Shown one piece after another: positions 26,387 through 32,448 of a stretch of DNA of 32,448 nt (position 1 is its first letter; the number at the start of each line of letters is the position of its first letter). Where the stretch lies: IMG/VR virus record IMGVR_UViG_3300009678_000111, positions 1 to 32,448 of that record. One strand, written 5' to 3'. Origin of the DNA: a virus (lineage: Duplodnaviria > Caudoviricetes). The translations under genes were made by a program, and so were the position numbers. The notes beneath the pieces are model-generated. The model was not told the DNA's origin. It ran no database searches and was given only the letters and a program-made list of their open reading frames with translations.

Positions 26387-27070
26387 ATGGCTAAGCAAGA
26401 CGGGGAAGCGAAGGAACCTAAGAATCCGATACCTCTGGAGATACAAACAATACCGAATGCCACGTCGATCATCATGGACAATGACATGATACCAAAGTTG
26501 TATCGGTTGATATCCGGTATGGACGTTCTGAAAAAGAAGGCTACAAATCCATTCTTTGGTTCGAAGTACATCGATCTGAATTCTTTGATGGAGCAAATTG
26601 AAGAAGACTTGAAACGCGAGGGCCTAGTAATCTTCGCTGTACCAATTGAAAGTTTTCATCCGGGTATCCTGAGACTGCAAACAGTTATCATGGATGAAGA
26701 AGGGAATCGCTTTGCAGCTATTGCATCGATGCCACTGGCAAAGATGGACCCTCAGGCTTGGGGCTCTGCCGTGACATACCTGAGGCGTTATGCCATTGGT
26801 TCCATGCTCGGTATGTTGGCAGAAGCTGACGACGATGGTAACAAGGCTACACGACCAGAAGAGACGTCTGAGGAGAAATCACTAAAAGCTAGCATTGTCG
26901 CTGAAATCGATGCGATCTACGCCAAAGATGTTTCACGTGGAACACTCGATGAGATGTTAGCAAAGAAGGGTACACAGCGCACTGGAGTAAGTTTGACCGG
27001 ATTCCAAAACATTTTGGCCATACTTAAGAAGAAGTACCCGGATGAAGTTTCCGAAGCGAAACAGGACTAA
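26387..27070 (+). CDS. erf: ERF-family single-strand annealing recombinase
   Basis: KKATNPFFGSKYIDL and DPQAWGSAVTYLRRY...DDDG are ERF signatures. Start set at ATG 26387 after AAGGAG. Confidence 0.92.
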   Translation: MAKQDGEAKEPKNPIPLEIQTIPNATSIIMDNDMIPKLYRLISGMDVLKKKATNPFFGSKYIDLNSLMEQIEEDLKREGLVIFAVPIESFHPGILRLQTVIMDEEGNRFAAIASMPLAKMDPQAWGSAVTYLRRYAIGSMLGMLAEADDDGNKATRPEETSEEKSLKASIVAEIDAIYAKDVSRGTLDEMLAKKGTQRTGVSLTGFQNILAILKKKYPDEVSEAKQD

Positions 27071-27293
27071 AGACATAATCCCCGGCTTCAACGTACTGTG
27101 GGAGTCAGGGTTAATCATAACGATCCACGACAAAACCGAGCTCGGTACCTTCCGCAGACATCAAGATGGATTCGCTCTCTTGTTGTCGGATGGTACCGAG
27201 AAGTTTTGTTTGAACCGAATGCTACTGCGTAATGCTGTTACGCGGTGGCTCATACGTAAACAAAAGGAGAACAATGATATTCACTCCATTTAG
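27042..27293 (+). CDS. hypothetical protein (83 aa)
   Basis: Fills the gap between erf and the next gene with short overlaps. Confidence 0.55.
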   Translation: MKFPKRNRTKDIIPGFNVLWESGLIITIHDKTELGTFRRHQDGFALLLSDGTEKFCLNRMLLRNAVTRWLIRKQKENNDIHSI

Positions 27294-27705
27294 TGAACAC
27301 GACCTGAAACGTTACAACTGGCTCGTTGCCTATGCTCCAAGTGGTAAGTGGATCATCGTCTGCTTGGAAGATATTGAACAGTCTACGCAAGCATCATCGG
27401 AGAGTCTGAGGTTGATGTTCCTCGAGGAAGCCCGCGCCGGTCGTGAAGGAATCAATTACTGCTTAGGAGCACGGTGTCAACACGGATACCTGTATACGAC
27501 CCAAAGGCATGCTTTGCGTCATGCTGAAAAACTTGCGGAAATATCATTTGTAGCTGATACCGGCCCTGAGAACGGTAGTAGAAACAAGCAACTAATAGAG
27601 TTAAACGAAGAATACGAAAAACTAGCAGCCACAAAGGACGTAGAATTAGTCCTAACTAACGAAGTAAAGGAAAGCAATGATACACCTACTGCCGATAGTC
27701 CATGA
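27274..27705 (+). CDS. hypothetical protein (~143 aa)
   Basis: Start moved to MIFTPF at 27274 after AAGGAG. Confidence 0.65.
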   Translation: MIFTPFSEHDLKRYNWLVAYAPSGKWIIVCLEDIEQSTQASSESLRLMFLEEARAGREGINYCLGARCQHGYLYTTQRHALRHAEKLAEISFVADTGPENGSRNKQLIELNEEYEKLAATKDVELVLTNEVKESNDTPTADSP

Positions 27706-28468
27706 TACCCCTGAGTGGGAGATGGCACGTCGAAGTTCAATTGGATCCAGTGACGGAGTAGTTATAGCAGCATTGAATCCCAGTTATGCCGGCAAAGCAC
27801 GTAAAACAGTCAGCGAGATCATTGCTGAGAAGTTAACCGGCATTAAGGCTCCTGTCTCTGAACCTATGGCACGGTCAGCGTACTGGGGACATTTACACGA
27901 GCCTGCTATTGCTGAGGTACACTTCCCGAGACACATGGAGATGGAAGGAGTGGAGATCACCGCTCTGGGTAAACCTCGATACCTGTTCTACAACACAGAC
28001 TTTGAAGGAGCATCTTGTAGTCCTGACTACCTGTGGAGAGACAAGTTCGGATTATGGCATATTCTTGAAATCAAGACTACTGCCGAGTCTCAGAATACGA
28101 CATTGAAGCAAGGATGTCCTGAGCACTGGAAATTCCAGTTATTTCACCAAATGGCCGTATGTGGTATCCCTCGTGGTTCTATCATGGCTCTGTGTGGTGG
28201 AAATAAACCCTATCACTGGGATTTCACATTGAAGGAGCTAGATACAGATGCATGGAAACGAGTGATGAACATTCAATACGCTCCGATCTATAACCACTTA
28301 CTTGAGAATCTACCACCGGAAGTCTTAACCGTAAGTAAGGATACGTTCGATGCTCACCTGTATCCGATGCAACTCGACAGATTCTACTATGAATACGGAA
28401 AGAATGCATCTCAGGAACATCAAGTTTATGGAGAGGCAATGGAATCTTATGTTCTCATGGGAGGCTAG
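27677..28468 (+). CDS. YqaJ / lambda-exonuclease-family nuclease
   Basis: EWEMARRSSIGSSD, WGHLHEPAI, SCSPD, ILEIKT and QLFHQMAV are the YqaJ motifs; paired with ERF. Confidence 0.92.
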   Translation: MIHLLPIVHDTPEWEMARRSSIGSSDGVVIAALNPSYAGKARKTVSEIIAEKLTGIKAPVSEPMARSAYWGHLHEPAIAEVHFPRHMEMEGVEITALGKPRYLFYNTDFEGASCSPDYLWRDKFGLWHILEIKTTAESQNTTLKQGCPEHWKFQLFHQMAVCGIPRGSIMALCGGNKPYHWDFTLKELDTDAWKRVMNIQYAPIYNHLLENLPPEVLTVSKDTFDAHLYPMQLDRFYYEYGKNASQEHQVYGEAMESYVLMGG

Positions 28469-28469
28469 G

Positions 28470-28598
28470 ATGGTTGATTTTGCCGTCTACTTTGGCGCTG
28501 GTGCTCTTGGAACGTACTTAGCCACCCTTTACATAGCCTACCCAATGTGGAGGCACTACAGACGAATTCAAGCCCGTAAAAGAAAATATACTTTGTAA
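28470..28598 (+). CDS. small single-pass membrane protein (42 aa)
   Basis: GGGAGG SD; MVDFAVYFGAGALGTYLATLYIAYPMWRHYRRIQARKRKYTL is one TM segment plus a basic tail. Confidence 0.6.
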   Translation: MVDFAVYFGAGALGTYLATLYIAYPMWRHYRRIQARKRKYTL

Positions 28599-28634
28599 AT
28601 GTCAACCTGATTAACTCTCAGGTTGTGTGAACAG

Positions 28635-28708
28635 TCCCGGTTAGTTCTTTTGGTGTCCTCTCCTGCTGTTTGGGAATAAGGACATACTGAACTGATCGGG
28701 ATTTTTTT
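28635..28708 (+). terminator. long-stem intrinsic terminator ending the replication module
   Basis: TCCCGGTTAGTTC pairs with GAACTGATCGGGA (with G-U), inner GTGTCCT/AGGACAT, followed by T7. Confidence 0.7.
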
Positions 28709-28821
28709 CTGTAACCCACTTATATATAATATAATTAATAAGAATAATACTTGTATATGTGTAGAAGAAAGAGAAGAAAGAATATGTAGAGAGTATACGT
28801 AGAGAGTATACATAGATAGTA

Positions 28822-28843
28822 ATTACCACAATACTCTGTATAG
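28822..28843 (+). repeat. motif copy 1: ATTACCACAATACTCTGTATAG
   Basis: Near-identical to 29306-29324 (+) and 30077-30098 (-). Confidence 0.85.
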
Positions 28844-29305
28844 AAAGAAGAAGAGAAGAATAGGTAAATAGTAGAAGAGAAGAATAAGAAGAAGAATAAG
28901 AGAAGAGAAGAAAGAGAAGATATATAACTGTATTATATATATACTCTTATTCTTTAATATAATATACTATGGCTGTATTCCTAATTTTTTTTGGAAAATT
29001 TTTACGAGATCGATTATCCAGTCAATGTAGAAATATGGGCTAGTTTTTATGTAAGGTATCCCCACGTTATATATTTACCAATACTATAACGGTCCCCCCT
29101 ATAGTGGTAGTCCCTGTACCTTACTTTATATATATAGTCATAGGTAACCATTGCTATGATACTACGTTAACGATATGACCTAACGTATTGATATGTCATA
29201 GCCTTATCCTTACCTATTCCACACACATACCATTGGCATACACCAACCCATTAGCTTACCTTAGGAGGAGGAGGACACACATATACCCTTAGCCATAGCA
29301 TAGGT

Positions 29306-29324
29306 ATTACCACAATACTTTGTA
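29306..29324 (+). repeat. motif copy 2: ATTACCACAATACTTTGTA
   Basis: 18/19 identical to copy 1; ends 60 bp upstream of the 29385 ATG. Confidence 0.85.
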
Positions 29325-29384
29325 CCAAACAGGTATATAGGGCAATACAGCCCTTAGTTCACATAATCATACTAGGAGTTAGTC

Positions 29385-30026
29385 ATGAGAAATAAACTCA
29401 TGTTCGAAGACCGTAGCTTATCAGCTACGTTGTTACGCATTGGTTCGATGAATCCGTTCATTGCATCGGTAATCAATGTATTGTTCTATGTCAGTCAGTT
29501 TGCAACGTCAACGAACGTTCGCAATCGCCTGACAGAGCAGAAATGTCTCGATGGTGGTATGCCATTGGAGAACGTTGGTTTAGTGCTTGAGTCATTGGGA
29601 CATAAGCAGATCTACACTGTTAGCGGTCAAGCCGTTAACGATGTGGATATTGCTACATTCTGTCAATCGTTGATAGCCGAGTACAAGAAGTACGACGTTG
29701 TTGACCAGACGACAGGTGAAGTGACCAACGCTCAGGTAATCTTCCAAAAGGGAGACTTCCAAGACCCTAATGTGTTTGGTCAGAAGTTTGTTATTCAATG
29801 GAATGGTACACACAGACTGAACATCAGTCGTACCGAGAACGCTGTAGAGAACACTACAGATGGCAATGGTTTACCAATCGTTCGTAATCCACTTGGATTC
29901 AGATTGTCGTTCATCCCTAACGAGTACGTTGCTCGTACAGCAGCTATCTCCAAAGGTGTTGCTATCCCTGAGTATGTCAAGTTCTCAGCAGTTGCCAGTG
30001 AGCAACCGGTAGAGAGTCTTGTGTAG
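29385..30026 (+). CDS. hypothetical protein (213 aa), apparently monocistronic
   Basis: AGGAG SD, followed immediately by a terminator. Confidence 0.8.
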   Translation: MRNKLMFEDRSLSATLLRIGSMNPFIASVINVLFYVSQFATSTNVRNRLTEQKCLDGGMPLENVGLVLESLGHKQIYTVSGQAVNDVDIATFCQSLIAEYKKYDVVDQTTGEVTNAQVIFQKGDFQDPNVFGQKFVIQWNGTHRLNISRTENAVENTTDGNGLPIVRNPLGFRLSFIPNEYVARTAAISKGVAIPEYVKFSAVASEQPVESLV

Positions 30027-30034
30027 TCTTAATT

Positions 30035-30065
30035 CCTACCTGTCTAATCGACAGGTAGGTTTTTT
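30035..30065 (+). terminator. intrinsic terminator
   Basis: CCTACCTGTC-taatc-GACAGGTAGG is a perfect 10-bp stem followed by T6. Confidence 0.9.
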
Positions 30066-30076
30066 ATCTCTTATAG

Positions 30077-30098
30077 CTATACAATGTATTGTGGTAAT
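30077..30098 (-). repeat. motif copy 3 (inverted): ATTACCACAATACATTGTATAG
   Basis: Reverse complement is 20/22 identical to copy 1. Confidence 0.85.
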
Positions 30099-30284
30099 CC
30101 TAGAACATACGGCTGGATCATCACCTACAAACCCTGTTCTGAACATAAATCGCATATAAGCCCTCTAAATACATATAGGCATACCTAACTATGCCTTAGG
30201 TCTTTCCACATTACCCTGAGCGACTATAGCCCCACAATCGGCATAGTCTACACGATTCAATCACACAATCGCAGGGGTTTTATC

Positions 30285-30851
30285 ATGACATCTAACGAAA
30301 CAAGGATTCATCGGATAGATCCGTTGACTCTTATCGGACGCTTACCGGATTACCACGAAGTACGCTATGCAGGTATTATACTGCATACGGTTATCGCTTC
30401 AGTCGATTCGCCTCAGTGGGCTATCAATCATCATTCGTATGAACGACTGTTACCCTTTTATGGTGATTTGCCGGTGAAGAAGAACAAGCACATCTACGAA
30501 TCGCTCGTCTGGCAGTCTACAGGTTGGCATCCACTTAATCAAACTGTTTGCTGTGGTCCAAAACAAGCAAGTCTTATGAGTTTTACCAATGTCCTCTATT
30601 CAGTAGGTACAGGTAATAGCTACACAGACTTTGTTAATGCGTTGAATGAACGCATGGCGCATCTGACAGCTAAGATGAACTTCTCAATAGCCCAATTCCT
30701 GAATCTTGAGGAGTGGAAGGACTATTGCAAAGGTGGAGGAACAACCATGGTCGAATTCGACGAAGGCAATGGTTGTGTCATGGAATATGACCAACTCCAC
30801 ATCGACCCACGTAATGTCCGCTCTCTGTGGCAGACATTCGCTAACTACTAA
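30285..30851 (+). CDS. hypothetical protein (188 aa)
   Basis: AGGGG SD-like sequence upstream; no recognised motif. Confidence 0.72.
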   Translation: MTSNETRIHRIDPLTLIGRLPDYHEVRYAGIILHTVIASVDSPQWAINHHSYERLLPFYGDLPVKKNKHIYESLVWQSTGWHPLNQTVCCGPKQASLMSFTNVLYSVGTGNSYTDFVNALNERMAHLTAKMNFSIAQFLNLEEWKDYCKGGGTTMVEFDEGNGCVMEYDQLHIDPRNVRSLWQTFANY

Positions 30852-30858
30852 TCCCCCG

Positions 30859-30930
30859 CACCTGTACCCTGATGTAAGCCTTGTGCTGGTTCACCAGAAT
30901 CACAAGCTTTCAGGGTACAGTGTTTTATTT
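30859..30930 (+). terminator. long imperfect hairpin with T-rich tail
   Basis: CAC(C)TGTACCCTGA/TCAGGGTACAGTG, inner AGC(C)TTGTG/CACAAGCT and CTGG..CCAG, then TTTTATTT. Confidence 0.6.
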
Positions 30931-30945
30931 ACCAGGAGAACAACA

Positions 30946-31287
30946 ATGAGTCACAGTAAACGACAACTCGAGGCTCTTGAGGCTGTGCATGCTCAAGAAA
31001 TAGAAGATCTCCATGATATGCTCAGATGGCAAGAAGAAGGTGAGCCGGAGGATGGTCGTGACGAGCTTTCTAAAGACCTAACCATATTCGAGTATGAGTC
31101 CATGCTGAAACATCACCTGTGGAGCATTTACGTACTTGATAACCCTACTCTGTTTCAACGGCTGTTTGAACATGAACGCAACATGATGGAATTCGCCCGT
31201 AGACACGGTATTGAATTCATGATCCTTTTCAGTAAATATGCCACCGGGAATAACTCGGGGCACAAAATCAACGACATCGTCTTCTGA
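30946..31287 (+). CDS. hypothetical acidic protein (113 aa)
   Basis: Start moved to MSHSKR at 30946 after AGGAG; the longer tracked ORF runs through the hairpin and overlaps the upstream gene. Confidence 0.72.
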   Translation: MSHSKRQLEALEAVHAQEIEDLHDMLRWQEEGEPEDGRDELSKDLTIFEYESMLKHHLWSIYVLDNPTLFQRLFEHERNMMEFARRHGIEFMILFSKYATGNNSGHKINDIVF

Positions 31288-31294
31288 GGTATTC

Positions 31295-31768
31295 ATGCCC
31301 AACGCTCAAACACTCGGTATCCACGTAATGGCTATTACCGAGAATGAACAACCAGTACTCGTTCAATTACCACAACAAGCAGCACAGGAACTACTGGATA
31401 TTATCACTAGCTCTATAAGACCACATGCTGTTACGTTGCATGCGTTCTACGTTGGTAGTGATCACATGCATGTACTCGTTGAAGCTAATGACGAAGAAGG
31501 TGCAATGCATTCAATACCAATGCTTATTGACATGACCGTAGAAGTAATACGCAAGTATCTCGGTCATTCGTTCAAGTGGGACCAAGGTGTTCACGTAACG
31601 CTTCTACCACCTTGGCATATTCAAGTACTCAAAGCATTCGTTGAGGCACAAGAGAAGTTCCACGAGACAAAGACACTGCAAGAAGAACTCAATGAGATCT
31701 TTCGTCCGGGACTGATCGATATGCCTGAGCATATCTCCATTGAGGAGATTAACAAAGAGGTGAACTGA
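31295..31768 (+). CDS. IS200/IS605 TnpA (Y1 HUH)-like protein lacking the catalytic tyrosine
   Basis: Start at 31295 (GAGGT SD). IHVMAIT (first strand), DHMHVLV (HUH), FKWDQG (cf. F.WQ.GY) and KAFVEAQEKFHETKTLQEEL (cf. ..YI.NQ.EHH...tF.EE). Confidence 0.75.
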   Translation: MPNAQTLGIHVMAITENEQPVLVQLPQQAAQELLDIITSSIRPHAVTLHAFYVGSDHMHVLVEANDEEGAMHSIPMLIDMTVEVIRKYLGHSFKWDQGVHVTLLPPWHIQVLKAFVEAQEKFHETKTLQEELNEIFRPGLIDMPEHISIEEINKEVN

Positions 31769-31769
31769 T

Positions 31770-32051
31770 ATGAGTCACGGTGGATCATTCAACGGTGAAG
31801 ATTTTCTCGACTACAAAGAAGCTCTACGCATTAGCTATGAGTATGAAGCTTCATGGAGTTGGGATAGTGAAGGTGACCACAATGTTGTTAACGGAATACA
31901 TCATTTCAGGGTAATCGGTGAAATCGTTGTTTCGATTTCAAAAGTTACACTTGCTGATAACGATGAAGACGTTACCGATATCTGCAATCTTGAAGCTGCA
32001 GCTAAGATCGTTCGCAAAGAACTGATGGACACTCTCGAAATACCTGATTAA
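31770..32051 (+). CDS. hypothetical acidic protein (93 aa)
   Basis: GAGGTG SD; starts 1 bp after the upstream stop. Confidence 0.7.
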   Translation: MSHGGSFNGEDFLDYKEALRISYEYEASWSWDSEGDHNVVNGIHHFRVIGEIVVSISKVTLADNDEDVTDICNLEAAAKIVRKELMDTLEIPD

Positions 32052-32057
32052 ACAGGT

Positions 32058-32130
32058 TCCGGTATATGTGGAACACATGATACAATGAGCTTTGTATCGT
32101 GATGGTTGGGTTCGATTCCCAATGCCGGAC
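32058..32130 (+). ncRNA. tRNA-like RNA with non-canonical D and anticodon arms
   Basis: 7-bp acceptor stem TCCGGTA/TGCCGGA; canonical T arm TTGGG-TTCGATT-CCCAA; D-like TGTG-GAA-CACA; extended GATACAA-TGAGCT-TTGTATC arm; no encoded CCA. Confidence 0.6.
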
Positions 32131-32162
32131 TAACTCACTAATTCATTCAAAGGAGAAAGACC

Positions 32163-32448
32163 ATGACAGAATACGAAATCCCCGAAGGCTTCACGAAGAA
32201 TACAGGCGTGAACCACATTACCAACCTACAAAAACACAACGCTTGCAACCCTGCAATCGAATACGCAAAGCAGTACACGAACTTCACCGATGTAATTACC
32301 AATTGCGACAACTACGATTGGCTACGTTGGGCATTACAGCTGTTGCCAAAGCGGGAACATGTCGAACACCTGTGCTACATCGTACGCAACACACCGACAA
32401 CAAAAGGTACGGTGTGGGATTTGTTGACCGAGGAGCGTTCACGCAATG
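32163..32448 (+). CDS. hypothetical phage protein (runs off window edge)
   Basis: AAGGAG SD, open to the window end: MTEYEIPEGF...KHNACNPAIEYA...CDNYDWLRWAL...WDLLTEERSRN. Confidence 0.7.
   Translation, partial: MTEYEIPEGFTKNTGVNHITNLQKHNACNPAIEYAKQYTNFTDVITNCDNYDWLRWALQLLPKREHVEHLCYIVRNTPTTKGTVWDLLTEERSRN

Larger units (their letters stand above)
28710..29384. promoter_or_regulatory. AT-rich, purine-skewed non-coding control region (candidate origin, terminus or early promoter region)
   Basis: No credible ORF. AGAAG-rich tract at ~28760-28920, tandem GTAGAGAGTATAC x2 (28786-28811), A/T tracts at 28983-29003 and two copies of a 19-bp motif. Confidence 0.6.

Noticed and set aside
28568-28829. 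Hydrophobic minus-strand ORFs (81 and 62 aa)
   Set aside because: They are translations of the low-complexity AT/purine tract and cross the terminator hairpin.
28760-28930. CRISPR array or clean iteron array
   Set aside because: The repeats are short, degenerate and low-complexity, with no constant repeat-spacer period.
31200-31850. Active IS200/IS605 insertion sequence
   Set aside because: The catalytic Tyr is absent, there is no tnpB, and the gene is only 7 bp and 1 bp from intact neighbours, leaving no non-coding IS ends.
32058-32130. Canonical tRNA-Leu(GAG)
   Set aside because: The D loop and anticodon loop geometry do not fit a standard tRNA, so it is reported as tRNA-like only.
1-32448. 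Stop-codon reassignment as in some crAss-like phages
   Set aside because: Recognisable genes are full length in the standard code, and TAG (e.g. 26345, 28468, 30026) and TGA (e.g. 31768) end genes at sensible positions.

Overview
This window is a partial genome of a tailed dsDNA bacteriophage with podovirus (P22/crAss-like short-tail) architecture. Bases 1-22500 are one minus-strand virion module: portal, scaffold, HK97-type major capsid, three adaptor/ring-like proteins, a CHAP amidase, a large nozzle-like protein, repeat-containing fibre proteins, holin-like membrane proteins and the start of an ejection-like protein. Bases 22522-28598 are a plus-strand replication/recombination module (DUF932-like protein, Hjc-like nuclease, DnaB, ERF, YqaJ). 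A ~780-bp AT-rich, purine-skewed non-coding region follows, then small plus-strand early-type genes. No terminase, polymerase, primase or integrase is recognisable here. The most unusual items are: (i) an IS200/IS605 TnpA-like HUH protein whose catalytic Tyr is replaced by Phe, sitting as an ordinary operon gene near long hairpins and an atypical tRNA-like RNA; (ii) a signal-peptide protein directly after the capsid gene; (iii) two large divergent modules only 21 bp apart; (iv) a 19-22 bp motif present three times around the non-coding region. All product calls come from motif recognition by eye; no database searches were run.
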